DNA of 64,000 nucleotides from Vicinamibacterales bacterium (GCA_035650895.1 DASRGT010000017.1:25130-89129); one strand, 5' to 3'. Shown: positions 16,316 to 26,166, numbered from the stretch's first letter. Numbers and translations are program-made. The notes: generated by a model from the letters alone, not told the origin.

Positions 16316-18349
16316 TCAGGGCTGCTTGTCGTACATGCGCCCGTACGCGAGGTACTGCTTCATCGGATCGCGCGGGTAGGCGATGTGCACGGCGGCCGCG
16401 TTGCCTTTCGCGTCGAGGTCCGCCGTCAGCTCCGCGTTGACGCCGGCCCAGTAGGTCGGCAGGTCGAGCCCCTTGTAGCGCGCGACGACCTGGTCGCGCA
16501 GCGCCGGATCGAAGTGCACGCCGTAGCGATCGATCAGCGCCTTGATCGCCGCGTAGTCGCCTTCCGCTTTGATCCGCATCAGCTCGGCGAGCAGCAGGCC
16601 GACGCCGTCGTGCATCTTCTGGTAGTCCTTCACCTCGATGTACGTCTTCCCGCCGTGCTGCACGTAGTCGATGGCGCCGGTCCTGTCCTTGATGTAGTTG
16701 ACGATCAGCTGCCGATCGCGCTCGTGATCCTCCTCGATGGTGTCGCCGGACAGGATGCGCCGCAGCTGCGTCAGCGCCGCGCGCGCCGCCGCGTCGTACA
16801 TCGTCTTGGCGACGGCGTCCTGGTCGGACACCAGGCCGAGCGCCTTCAGTTTCGGGTCCCAGACGTTCCACAGCCCCATCAGGTCGGCGCGCGCCTCCTC
16901 GAGGGTGGAGAAGTATTCCTTCAGCGCGGGGCCGGCGCCGCCCTTCGCGAGGTGCTCGCTCAGCCTACCCGATCCGTGGCCGATCACTTCGTGCATCGCC
17001 GTCAGCACGTCTTCCGCCTCTTCGCCGTACTTGTCGGCGCGGCGCGCCTCGTCGGGCGTCGCCGCGAACTCCGAGCTGGTTTTCGCCGACGCGGCCGCCG
17101 AGAGCGCATGGCTGCTGCCGAGGAACAGGAAGTTCTTCGTGCCGTACATCTCGTGGATTTCGTTTTCGTTCGGCAGGTTGTCGCCGATCGTCGTGACGTG
17201 GAAGTCGCCCGTCTCCACCAGCACTTCGACCGCCTTGACGAGCGGCGGCGTGAAGTCCTGCTTCTTGTACCTGGCGTCCCACGGCGCCTTCTGCTCGAAA
17301 TAGGCAGCGTTCTGCGCCAGCTTCGTCATCGCATCGGTGACCGGCTTGTCGGTGACGGTGACGAACGCCTGCGAGCTGCCCTTCGCGCCGCGCGCATCGC
17401 GGTAGACCTCGATGAAGCCGTTCGCGAAGTCGACGGTCCCGTTGTCGCGCACCCAGTCGCCGCCGAACTGCAGCCACTCGGCCGGCTCGCCGGTCTCGTA
17501 GTACCGAACGAGATCGCTGATCGCCTTGGCCTGCGGCTGGTCGACCGAAGCGGCCGCGAGGCGCGCCTTCTCCAGATAGTCGACGGCCTTCCGCAGGTAG
17601 ACCGCGTAGAGTCCGGGCGCCACGCGCCCGTCCTTCGTGCCGGCGCGGTAGACCTCCTCCCGGATCGTGCCGTCCGCGCCTTTGACCACGCGGGAATTCA
17701 GCGGGTACTGCTCCTTGAAATTCTTGAGCTCGGCGAGCGTCACGCCGCGGTAGAAGGTGTTGGAACTCGCCTGGATGATGTCCTTGCCCGGCGCCGGCGT
17801 CTTGGTCGTCGCCATCGGCTCCACGTTCGCGTCGAAGAGCGACGCGCGCAAATCGCCGAGCTCGCGCCGCAGCGCCGCCGCATCGGCGAGCGGCGGCAGG
17901 TCGGCGTAGCCGCCCTTGAAGGCGCCGTGCGCCTGCGCGCGCAGCGCCGCGTCCTGCCACTCGTCGAACGTGAATGCCGGCAGGAACTTCTGCGACGTGT
18001 TCTCGTTGTGATTGCCGCGGTTTGCGAAGAAGAGCAGCGCGTACTCGCGGATCCGGCCCAGAACCTCCGGCGGAATGCCTTCGCTGTGGGCCATCACGCC
18101 TTCCAGCAGCCGCTTCTCGCGGATGCCGTACTGCGACAGCTGGTCGTAGATGATCGGATCGATCGCGATCGCCGCCTGCGTCAGCCAGTACGCCACCGCC
18201 TGCTGCGAGGGCGTCAGCTGCGAGAAGCTGTCCGCGCGAAGCTGGATGAATCCGGTGTCGCGCACCCGCTCGACGAGCGGCGACGCCGGCGGCTGCGCGG
18301 AGGCGACCGCGCCTCCGAGGAGCACGGCGACGAGAAGTCGGGAGAACAT
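16316..18349 (-). CDS. Exported M49-family (dipeptidyl-peptidase III-like) zinc peptidase
   Basis: ORF 16316..18349. Signal peptide MFSRLLVAVLLGGAVASA. HEVIGHGSG (HExxGH) and EEARADL second zinc motif. Confidence 0.8.
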   Translation of the reverse strand: MFSRLLVAVLLGGAVASAQPPASPLVERVRDTGFIQLRADSFSQLTPSQQAVAYWLTQAAIAIDPIIYDQLSQYGIREKRLLEGVMAHSEGIPPEVLGRIREYALLFFANRGNHNENTSQKFLPAFTFDEWQDAALRAQAHGAFKGGYADLPPLADAAALRRELGDLRASLFDANVEPMATTKTPAPGKDIIQASSNTFYRGVTLAELKNFKEQYPLNSRVVKGADGTIREEVYRAGTKDGRVAPGLYAVYLRKAVDYLEKARLAAASVDQPQAKAISDLVRYYETGEPAEWLQFGGDWVRDNGTVDFANGFIEVYRDARGAKGSSQAFVTVTDKPVTDAMTKLAQNAAYFEQKAPWDARYKKQDFTPPLVKAVEVLVETGDFHVTTIGDNLPNENEIHEMYGTKNFLFLGSSHALSAAASAKTSSEFAATPDEARRADKYGEEAEDVLTAMHEVIGHGSGRLSEHLAKGGAGPALKEYFSTLEEARADLMGLWNVWDPKLKALGLVSDQDAVAKTMYDAAARAALTQLRRILSGDTIEEDHERDRQLIVNYIKDRTGAIDYVQHGGKTYIEVKDYQKMHDGVGLLLAELMRIKAEGDYAAIKALIDRYGVHFDPALRDQVVARYKGLDLPTYWAGVNAELTADLDAKGNAAAVHIAYPRDPMKQYLAYGRMYDKQP

Positions 18350-18429
18350 CCCGCGATTTTACCCCTCGCGCGTGGCCGGCCGGTTGCTGTAGGCGCCGCG
18401 CTCGCGGCGACCCGGAGGGTGGCGCGGGA

Positions 18430-21400
18430 ATGGGTTACCGGTTAGTACCAACGATCTTCTGCTTAGTGGCGAGCTCGTTCGCGGCCGCAGCGGTCGCGCG
18501 CGCTCAGCCATTATCCTTCGCGCGTGACGATGTCGCGTCGGCGACCGGCGCGCGCGGCATCGCCGTCGCCGATCTGAATCGAGACGGGTGGCCGGACGTC
18601 GCGACGGCGAACACCGTCCGCAATTCGGTCGTCGTGCTGCTGAACCATGCCGGCACGCTGACCAAGAGCCTCGAAGTGCCCGTCGGCCGCGGCCCGTTCG
18701 ACATCACCTCCGGCGATTTCAACGGCGACGGCAAGCCCGACCTGGCGGTGACCAACGCCGATGCGAATTCGGTGACGCTCCTCGTGGGCGACGGCAGCGG
18801 CGGGTTCTCCGCGCAGGCGACGATTCCGTTCGGGCCGTCGGTGTCGAGTCCGCGCGGCATCCGCGCCGCCGACGTCAACGGCGACGGCCGGCTCGACCTG
18901 GTGGTCACCGGCTACAGCTCGAACTCCGTGATGACCCTGATCGGCGACGGCGCCGGCGGCTTTTCGATCGGCCCCAGCTTCACCGGCTACGCGCCGCAGC
19001 CGCAGGGCGCCGCCGTCGCCGACTTCAATCACGACGGTCGTCCCGACCTCGCGGTGGCGTACGACAGCGGAGGCGGCCTGGCGATCATGTACGGCAACGG
19101 CACGGCGAATCTGTTCGCCGCGCCGAAAGCGGTCGGCGGGCCTCAGTCGCTCAACGTCGTCGCCGCCGCCGACTTCAACGGCGACGGATGGATGGACGTC
19201 GCCGCGGCGTCGACGCGGAACGGCATCGTGTCCGTGTTTCTGGGCAGCTCGACCGGCCTCGCGTTCAGCGGATCCTACTCGGTCGGATCGTCGCCGCGCG
19301 GCATCGCGGTCGCCGACGTGAACGACGACGGCGCGCTGGACATCGTGACGGCCAACTACGGCGCCGGCACGGTCAGCGTGGTGATCGGGAACAAAGCGCG
19401 TCCCGGCCTGTTCACCGGCGAGGTCCAGTTCGCCGCCGGTCCGGGCAGCCGCGCGGTCGCGATCGCGGACATGAACCACGACGCGCGCATCGACATCGTC
19501 GCTGCGGATCAGAACGCCGCGGCGGCGACGGTGCTCGTCAACGAAATGGCGGCCGCGCCGGCGGCGTTCGCGTTCAGAGCGACGACGATCGGAACCGACA
19601 GCGGCACGGCGGGCGGCAGCAACCACGTCGAGGTCGCGGACTTCAATCGGGACGGCAAGCCGGATCTCGCGACGCTCGGCGCGAATCTCGACGTGCTCGT
19701 CTACCTCGGCGGCGGCGGGACCGTGTCGCTGCAGCCGAACCCACCGTACGGCGTCGGCCGATGGAACGTCGTCGACGCCAACGCCGACGGCGCGCCCGAC
19801 ATCGTCTCCGTGCTCGGCGCCGAACCCGACACGCTGACCGCGTTCGTCGGAAACGGCCGCGGAACGTTTACGAAGGTGCAGACGTCGACCCCGCTGCGCG
19901 TCGCGGACTATGCGCTCGCCGACATGAACGGCGACGGGCGTCCCGACCTGGTGTTCTATGGATACGACCGCGGCGCGGCGACGTACGTCCTCGGCGTGTT
20001 CCAGACGAACGCCAACGGGACGTTCACGCTCGTGACGAAGATGCCGATCGGCACGCAACTGCTGAACCTGGCGGTCGCCGACGTCGATCGCGACGGAAAG
20101 AGCGACGTGGTCGCCGAAGTGTGGCCGACCGGGCTGACGACCTTCACCGACTACGCGGCGTCGCAGGGCTGGCGGCGGGTGGCGACCTACGATCTGTCGC
20201 TGCCGAACATCGCCGCGGAAATCGTGTGCGGCGATGTCAACCACGACGGCTTCGCCGATCTCGTGCTGTCGACCGACGAGCAGACGGCGGTGATGCTGGG
20301 CGGCGCATCGGGGTTCCGCGAAGCGACGTACTTCGATCGGCAGACCGTCGGAGGCAGCTTCTGGTCGCCGACGATCGCCGACGTGAACGTGGACGGCAAC
20401 CCCGACGTCGTCACGGACCAGGGTGTGATCGTCTTCGGCAACGGCGACGGCACCTTCGGCCCGCCGCAGAAATTCGACGTCGGCATCAATGGCGGGTACG
20501 GCGTGACGGCGGCCGACGTGGACGGCGACGGCCTTCCCGACCTGTTGTTCGGCGGCGCCTGGTCGCAGGTGACGGTGCTGTACAACTCGCGCGACACGGC
20601 CAACCATCCGCCGAGCGTGTCGGGCGGCGACCGGACGGTGAGCTATCAGGACCAGTTCGGCGAGGACGGCGTGGTGCTGGTGGCGAGCGGCAGCGATCCC
20701 GACGCGCACGCGCTGACGTACGTCTGGCGCGATCAGCACGGCGCCGTCGTTGCGACCAGTCGGTTTTACGAGCTGCTCCAGCCGCTGCCGCCCGGCACCT
20801 ACACGTTCACCGTCACCGCAAGCGACGGCCGGGGCGCCTCGGCCACCGATTCGGTTGCGTTGACGATCGCGCCGGTGAAGGAGATCGTCGTCTGGGCCGC
20901 CGACGGCTTCCCGCAAGGCAGCGCATGGGTCATGGCCGCGGACGCCTCGGCCGCCGGCGGCGCTCGCGCCTACAATCCGAACGCGAACGCGGCGAAGATC
21001 AACGCGCCGCTCGCGAACCCGTCAAGCGGCTACACGATCGGCTTCATCGCCGATCCGACGCAGACCTACAAGCTCTGGATTCGACTGAAGGCCGACGGCA
21101 ACTCGCCCTACAACGATTCGATATTCGTGCAGTTCTCCGGATCGACCGACGCCGCCGGGCATCCCGCCTATCGCCAGGGGACGACGTCGGCGCTTCCGAT
21201 CAACCTCGAGGAGTGTGCGGGGTGCGGCGAATCAGGCTGGGGTTGGGAAGACGACGGCTGGGGCAGCGTCGATCGGAACGGCGTCACGCTGCGGTTCCCG
21301 GACGGCGGCTTCCACCAGATCTTCATCCAGCAGCGGGAAGACGGCGTGTCGATCGATCAGATCGTGCTCTCGTCGGAGAAGTTCCTGACGACGAGACCGG

Positions 21401-21459
21401 GCAAGGCGAAGAACGATTCGACGATCCTGCCGCGCACGTTCGTGCCCGGGGAGGATTGA
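18430..21459 (+). CDS. Large exported FG-GAP/VCBS-repeat protein with C-terminal Ig(PKD)-like and carbohydrate-binding-like domains
   Basis: ORF 18430..21459. Many repeats of the type DxNxDGxPDxxxxN....V.LL.GDGxGGF. Confidence 0.85.
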   Translation: MGYRLVPTIFCLVASSFAAAAVARAQPLSFARDDVASATGARGIAVADLNRDGWPDVATANTVRNSVVVLLNHAGTLTKSLEVPVGRGPFDITSGDFNGDGKPDLAVTNADANSVTLLVGDGSGGFSAQATIPFGPSVSSPRGIRAADVNGDGRLDLVVTGYSSNSVMTLIGDGAGGFSIGPSFTGYAPQPQGAAVADFNHDGRPDLAVAYDSGGGLAIMYGNGTANLFAAPKAVGGPQSLNVVAAADFNGDGWMDVAAASTRNGIVSVFLGSSTGLAFSGSYSVGSSPRGIAVADVNDDGALDIVTANYGAGTVSVVIGNKARPGLFTGEVQFAAGPGSRAVAIADMNHDARIDIVAADQNAAAATVLVNEMAAAPAAFAFRATTIGTDSGTAGGSNHVEVADFNRDGKPDLATLGANLDVLVYLGGGGTVSLQPNPPYGVGRWNVVDANADGAPDIVSVLGAEPDTLTAFVGNGRGTFTKVQTSTPLRVADYALADMNGDGRPDLVFYGYDRGAATYVLGVFQTNANGTFTLVTKMPIGTQLLNLAVADVDRDGKSDVVAEVWPTGLTTFTDYAASQGWRRVATYDLSLPNIAAEIVCGDVNHDGFADLVLSTDEQTAVMLGGASGFREATYFDRQTVGGSFWSPTIADVNVDGNPDVVTDQGVIVFGNGDGTFGPPQKFDVGINGGYGVTAADVDGDGLPDLLFGGAWSQVTVLYNSRDTANHPPSVSGGDRTVSYQDQFGEDGVVLVASGSDPDAHALTYVWRDQHGAVVATSRFYELLQPLPPGTYTFTVTASDGRGASATDSVALTIAPVKEIVVWAADGFPQGSAWVMAADASAAGGARAYNPNANAAKINAPLANPSSGYTIGFIADPTQTYKLWIRLKADGNSPYNDSIFVQFSGSTDAAGHPAYRQGTTSALPINLEECAGCGESGWGWEDDGWGSVDRNGVTLRFPDGGFHQIFIQQREDGVSIDQIVLSSEKFLTTRPGKAKNDSTILPRTFVPGED

Positions 21460-21472
21460 CGACGACCGGCCG

Positions 21473-22627
21473 CTACTTCACCCGCGCGCCCGTCAGCTGA
21501 GCGACGGCGCCGAGCGTGGTCTGCGCCGCGTTGAGCCCCAGGCGGAAGTCCTTGTCGTCGTACGTCGCGTAGACGTCCGTCGGCTGATGCCACTGGGGAT
21601 CCCAGCCGGCGCCGATCTCGGTGCCGCGTTCGTTCTCGCGGACGCTGAGCGACGCGACCGCGTCCATGAACGGCGTGGAGTCGGTGTTCGTCATGTGGCT
21701 GCCCACATGGGCGGGGTAGTCGGTCGCGAACTTCTCGTTCGCCTCCTCCAGGATCCACGCGAGCTTCTGGCTGGCATCCGCCATCTTCGAGTTCACCTGG
21801 AACTCGATGTTCACGTCGGCCTCGGGCCGCTGCTCCCTGCTGAGCGTGCCGTCCGCGTGCGGCATGCCGTGATCGAACAGCATCATGTCGTGCTGGATCA
21901 TGCCGAGCCACTTCGGCTCGTCGGGCGTGCCCTGCAGCGCCTGGCGCTGCGTGACGTAGGCGCGCGCACCGTTCAGCCCGGTCTCTTCGTTGTTCCAGAG
22001 CGCGAACCGGATCGTGCGATCGGTGAGGACGTCGGGGCTGCTGAAGACGCGCGCGAGCTCCATGACGAGCGCGGTGCCCGACCCGTCGTCGTTCGCCGCT
22101 TCGCCCCACCCGTGACCGTCCATGTGGCCGGACACGATGTACATCTCGTCGCGATGCGTCGTGCCCCACTTCGTGCAGTAGACCTCTTCGCGCGGGCCGT
22201 CGGTGGCCGGCTGGGTATCGAGCGCGCGCAGCTTCTCGTCGGGCTGCTTCATCGGATCGGTGTTGACGCCGGTGCGCGCGCGGATGCCGCGCAGCCGCCC
22301 GCCGCCCTGCGCTTCGTCGGCGCCCCGTCCGCGGCCGCGGCCCTGCGCCGGCGGCGGCGTCGTGTATTCGTACCGGATGCGCGCGGTGGGGCAGCCGTAG
22401 CTTTTCAGCTGCGCCTCGATCCAGTCCACCGCCGCGCGATTGCGATCCGTTCCCTGCCGCCGGTCGCCGAACTGCGTCAGCCCCTTGATCGTGGCCTTGT
22501 ATTTCTCCAGGTCGAGCCGCGCCACCAGCTTCTTCGCGTCGTCGTTGTTCTGCGCGCGCGTCGCGCCGGGCGCAAACGCCGCGGCGAGGCACGCCACTGC
22601 CAGGATCGAGGTTCGTCGCATGCCCAT
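21473..22627 (-). CDS. Exported M28-family peptidase
   Basis: ORF 21473..22627. VSGHMDGHGWGEAANDDGSGTALVMELARV, ALWNNEETGLNGA. Confidence 0.85.
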   Translation of the reverse strand: MGMRRTSILAVACLAAAFAPGATRAQNNDDAKKLVARLDLEKYKATIKGLTQFGDRRQGTDRNRAAVDWIEAQLKSYGCPTARIRYEYTTPPPAQGRGRGRGADEAQGGGRLRGIRARTGVNTDPMKQPDEKLRALDTQPATDGPREEVYCTKWGTTHRDEMYIVSGHMDGHGWGEAANDDGSGTALVMELARVFSSPDVLTDRTIRFALWNNEETGLNGARAYVTQRQALQGTPDEPKWLGMIQHDMMLFDHGMPHADGTLSREQRPEADVNIEFQVNSKMADASQKLAWILEEANEKFATDYPAHVGSHMTNTDSTPFMDAVASLSVRENERGTEIGAGWDPQWHQPTDVYATYDDKDFRLGLNAAQTTLGAVAQLTGARVK

Positions 22628-22640
22628 ACTTTACCCGCTG

Positions 22641-22668
22641 TTCGCCGGGACCGGGGCGGCATTCGCCG
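22641..22668 (+). promoter_or_regulatory. Direct repeat TTCGCCG ... TTCGCCG with 21-bp register upstream of the LiaF-like/LytS/LytTR genes (candidate LytTR site)
   Basis: Copies at 22641..22647 and 22662..22668, read directly. A 7-mer repeat could arise by chance in GC-rich DNA. Confidence 0.25.
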
Positions 22669-22724
22669 ATATCCGATCGGGATTTCGCGCGCCGGCTCCG
22701 CACACTGGGCCGCAGAGGCCGATA

Positions 22725-23426
22725 ATGACTGACGCAGACCTGATGAATCCCCGCGACAACGTCACCCCGCAGCTCGTGATCGGGCTGGCCGTGATGGCGG
22801 CCGGCGTGCTGATGACGCTCGACGTGGCCGGCATGGTCCACGCGCGCGACTACCTGCGCTACTGGCCGGTCGTGCTCATCGTGATCGGCGCGCTCAACCT
22901 GGCGTCGGGCTCGAGCCGCCGCGGATCGTCGACCGGCCTGGTGCAGATGGCGATCGGAATCTGGTTCCTCCTCATCTCCACGCGCGTGCTGCCGCGCAAC
23001 GCGTGGCTGCTGTTCTGGCCGATGGTGCTGATGTTCGGCGGCGCGATGCTGGTGCTGCACACGATTCGGCGCGGCAGCGAGCCGCTCGACACGCGCGAGA
23101 TGGTCAGCATGACCGGCATCCTCGGCGGCAGCAACCGCCAGTCGAACGCGAACCCGCTGCGCGGCGGCGAACTCGTCGGCCTGATGGGCGGCGGACGTCT
23201 CGACCTGCGCCAGGCGGTGATTCCGCCCGGCGGTCAGGCGGTGCTCGACGTGCTGTGCGTCATGGGCGGGTACGAAATCGTCGTGCCCGACTCCTGGATC
23301 GTCGACGACCGGACGACGGCGTTCCTGGGCGGCAACGGCAACGAGACGCGGCCGCGTGCCGACGCGTCGGCCGTGCTCGTGCTGCGCGGGTTCCTGATGA
23401 TGGGCGGTTGCGCGATCAAGAACTGA
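22725..23426 (+). CDS. LiaF-like membrane protein (4 TM + DUF2154-type C-terminal domain)
   Basis: ATG 22725 within ORF 22440..23426. Four TM helices, then GGELVGLMGGGRLDLRQAVIPPGGQAVLDVLCVMGGYEIVVPDSW. Confidence 0.65.
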   Translation: MTDADLMNPRDNVTPQLVIGLAVMAAGVLMTLDVAGMVHARDYLRYWPVVLIVIGALNLASGSSRRGSSTGLVQMAIGIWFLLISTRVLPRNAWLLFWPMVLMFGGAMLVLHTIRRGSEPLDTREMVSMTGILGGSNRQSNANPLRGGELVGLMGGGRLDLRQAVIPPGGQAVLDVLCVMGGYEIVVPDSWIVDDRTTAFLGGNGNETRPRADASAVLVLRGFLMMGGCAIKN

Positions 23427-23427
23427 G

Positions 23428-24477
23428 ATGCATCCGATTCTGATCGACGCGAGGCGGCTGGGCCTCTATCTGCTCGGCTGGATCCCGGTCGTCACCCTGT
23501 TGACGCTGGGCCTCGGGCGCGGCGCGCCGCCGTGGGCGGCGATCGCGGTGTTCGTGCCGCTCGGATTCGTCTACGCGTTCATCGGCCTGTCGGCGTGGTG
23601 GGTCTGCCGCGTGGCGCCGATCGAGCGCGGAATCGGCCTGCGAGCGGCGGCCGCGCAGGCCGTCGCCGCGGGCATGGCGAGCGCCATCTGGATTCTCGCG
23701 GCCGACATGTGGGTGTCGCTGCTCGATTCGACGATGCCGCAGCTCGCCGCCGGGGCGATGTTCGCATCGCGGCGCCTGCCGCTCCTCGTCATCGGCGCGC
23801 TGTTGTTCTGGCTGGCCTCGGCGCTGCACTACCTGCTCATCGCCTTCGCCGCGTCGCAGGCGGCCGAGCGCCGGGCGCTCGAGCTGAGCCTGCTCGCGCG
23901 CGACGCCGAGCTGCGGGCGCTGCGCGCGCAAATCGACCCGCATTTCCTCTTCAACAGCCTCAACTCGATCAGCGCGCTGACGGTCGCCGACCCGCCCGCC
24001 GCGCGCCGCATGTGCCTGCTGCTGGCGGACTTCCTCCGCGACACGCTGCGGCTCGGCGCGAGCGCGCGGATCTCGCTGGCCGACGAAATGCGGCTCGCGG
24101 ATCGGTTCCTGGAGATCGAGCGGGTGCGGCTCGGCGGCCGCCTGCAGGTGACGCGCGAGACCGATCCGCTGGCGGCGGGGTGCCTCGTGCCGCCGCTGCT
24201 GCTCCAGCCGCTCGTCGAGAACGCGGTCGTGCACGGGATCGACCAGCTCGTCGACGGCGGGACGATCCGCATCGCCGCCCGCCGCGCCGGATCGGCGCTG
24301 CGGATCACGCTCGAGAACCCGTGCGATCCCGATCGGCCGCGCCGGACGGGCAGCGGCCTCGGCCTCGACCTGCTGAAGCAGCGCGTCGTGACGCAGTTCG
24401 GGACGGACGGCGGCGTCGACGTCGACGAACGGCCCGATCGGTTCCGCGTGGAGGTGACGATCCCATGCGCGTCGTGA
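23428..24477 (+). CDS. LytS/YehU-type sensor histidine kinase
   Basis: ORF 23428..24477. Membrane N-terminus. LRAQIDPHFLFNSLNSI (His_kinase), LLLQPLVENAVVHG, GSGLGL. Confidence 0.85.
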   Translation: MHPILIDARRLGLYLLGWIPVVTLLTLGLGRGAPPWAAIAVFVPLGFVYAFIGLSAWWVCRVAPIERGIGLRAAAAQAVAAGMASAIWILAADMWVSLLDSTMPQLAAGAMFASRRLPLLVIGALLFWLASALHYLLIAFAASQAAERRALELSLLARDAELRALRAQIDPHFLFNSLNSISALTVADPPAARRMCLLLADFLRDTLRLGASARISLADEMRLADRFLEIERVRLGGRLQVTRETDPLAAGCLVPPLLLQPLVENAVVHGIDQLVDGGTIRIAARRAGSALRITLENPCDPDRPRRTGSGLGLDLLKQRVVTQFGTDGGVDVDERPDRFRVEVTIPCAS

Positions 24478-25193
24478 TCGTCGACGACGAGCCGCTGGCG
24501 CGGCGGCTGATGCGCGAACTGCTCGCCGCGCACGCGGACGTGGAGATCGTCGCCGACTGCGCCAACGGGTTCGAGGCGGTGAAGGCGGTGACCGATCACA
24601 AACCGGATCTGCTGCTGCTCGACGTCCAGATGCCGAAGCTGGACGGCTTCGAGGTGCTCGACCTGCTCGGCGGCGAGACCGACGTGATCTTCGTCACGGC
24701 GTACGATTCCTACGCCATCCGCGCCTTCGAAGTGCATGCGATCGACTACCTCCTCAAGCCGTTCAGCGCGGAACGCCTGTCGGAGGCGCTCGAGCGCGCG
24801 CGGCAGCGCATCGCCGCGCGCAGCCGGCCGGCGCAGGCGTTCGCGTCGGAGATGCGCGCCGAGCGCGCGCCGCTCGGCCGCATCCTGATCCGCGACCGCG
24901 GCGACGTCCACGTCGTGCCGATCCCGAAGGTCGACTACATCGAATCGCAGGACGATTACGTGGCGGTCCACACCGGCGGCCGGAGTTTCCTGAAGGAGCA
25001 GACGCTCGGCGAGCTCGAGTCGCTGCTCGACGGATCGGCGTTCGTCCGCATCCACCGGCGGTACCTCCTCAACGTCTCGCGGCTGGCGAAGATCGCGCTC
25101 GGCGCCAAGGACAGCCGGATCGCGATCCTCAACGACGGCACCGAACTGCCGATCAGCCGCAGCGGCTACGCGCGGCTGCGCGAGCTGTTGTGA
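24465..25193 (+). CDS. LytR/AlgR-family response regulator (REC + LytTR)
   Basis: ATG 24465 in ORF 23532..25193, 13-nt overlap with the kinase gene. MRVVIVDDEPLAR, LLLLDVQMP. LytTR: IESQDDYVAVHT..FVRIHRRYLLN. Confidence 0.9.
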   Translation: MRVVIVDDEPLARRLMRELLAAHADVEIVADCANGFEAVKAVTDHKPDLLLLDVQMPKLDGFEVLDLLGGETDVIFVTAYDSYAIRAFEVHAIDYLLKPFSAERLSEALERARQRIAARSRPAQAFASEMRAERAPLGRILIRDRGDVHVVPIPKVDYIESQDDYVAVHTGGRSFLKEQTLGELESLLDGSAFVRIHRRYLLNVSRLAKIALGAKDSRIAILNDGTELPISRSGYARLRELL

Positions 25194-25196
25194 CCC

Positions 25197-25234
25197 GGCG
25201 GCCGGAGCCTCGCGCCGTTGCGGCTGCGGCCGCC
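25197..25234. terminator. Long GC-rich hairpin (GGCGGCCG...CGGCCGCC) in a convergent intergenic region
   Basis: 8-bp outer stem plus inner AGCC/GGCT pairing, read directly after the TGA at 25191..25193. Confidence 0.4.
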
Positions 25235-25287
25235 GCGACGACCGGCCAGCAGGGGACCGCGCCGTGCGCGCCGTATCACGTGTCCGA

Positions 25288-26166
25288 TCAGCGCGAGCTG
25301 GCGTTGCCCGCGCTCGACATCCAGTCGTTCGAGCGGACCACCGGCCGACGGAAATAGCGATAGAGCAGCCAGAGATCGATCCCGACGACGATCGCGAAGA
25401 GGGCGAAGGCCGCCGCGCCGTCGACGAATCGCAGCTCGCGCAGCAGCATCGACAGCCCGAAGCCCACGACCCACGCGTCGAAGCTCATACAGATCCGCCG
25501 GAACGCTTCGGCGGGGAGATGCCGGATCGCCAGCGCACCCAGCGGCACGCCGATCGCGACGCTCGGGACGATGCTCGGCAGCAGCGCCAGGCTGTCGTCC
25601 GAGAACAGGCCGGCGGCGAGATACGCGCCCGCCGTCATCGTCGATTCCGCCAGCCGCACGAACCCGACGGCCGCGCGGAATTCCTGCTTCGAGAAGCCCT
25701 GATTGTTCAGGGCAACCGCCAGCGGCGGACCCGAAATCGTCGTCACCGAGTACAGCGCCCCGAGCCCAAGGCCGAACACGGGGCCGGCACCGCGCTCCGA
25801 GCGGATCGGGCGCCGGAATCCGGATGCCTGCAGCAGGATCACCGGCAGCAGCGCCGCGTAGGTCGCGAACTTCACCCACGCCGGGCTGATGCGCGCGACG
25901 ACGAGCGTCCCGACGACGACGCCGGGCAGGAGGCCGACGACCACCGGCGTCAGCCGGCGCCTGACGGCGCCGAGCGACGCGCGATTGACCCAGAGCACGT
26001 ACGCGTTGAGTGCAACCTCGATCCCGACGAGCGCCGGGTTGAGCACCCGGTTGCTGACGAGGAACAGCGCGAGCGGAACCGTGATGGAGGAAAAGCCGTA
26101 CCCGAGCGCCCCGTTCACGATTGCGGCACCGAATGTAATCAGGGCGATGCCGCCGGACGACAACAT
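25288..26166 (-). CDS. TauE/SafE (TSUP) family anion exporter
   Basis: ORF 25288..26166. Polytopic. GALGYGFSSITVPLAL and a duplicated 4-TM pattern. Confidence 0.8.
   Translation of the reverse strand: MLSSGGIALITFGAAIVNGALGYGFSSITVPLALFLVSNRVLNPALVGIEVALNAYVLWVNRASLGAVRRRLTPVVVGLLPGVVVGTLVVARISPAWVKFATYAALLPVILLQASGFRRPIRSERGAGPVFGLGLGALYSVTTISGPPLAVALNNQGFSKQEFRAAVGFVRLAESTMTAGAYLAAGLFSDDSLALLPSIVPSVAIGVPLGALAIRHLPAEAFRRICMSFDAWVVGFGLSMLLRELRFVDGAAAFALFAIVVGIDLWLLYRYFRRPVVRSNDWMSSAGNASSR

Noticed and set aside
18430-21459. The 1009-aa FG-GAP repeat protein considered as a novel toxin or adhesin system.
   Set aside because: Its architecture (signal peptide, many FG-GAP/VCBS blades, a PKD-like domain and a carbohydrate-binding-like domain) is a common type of exported protein in soil bacteria. 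No secretion-system or immunity partner is adjacent.
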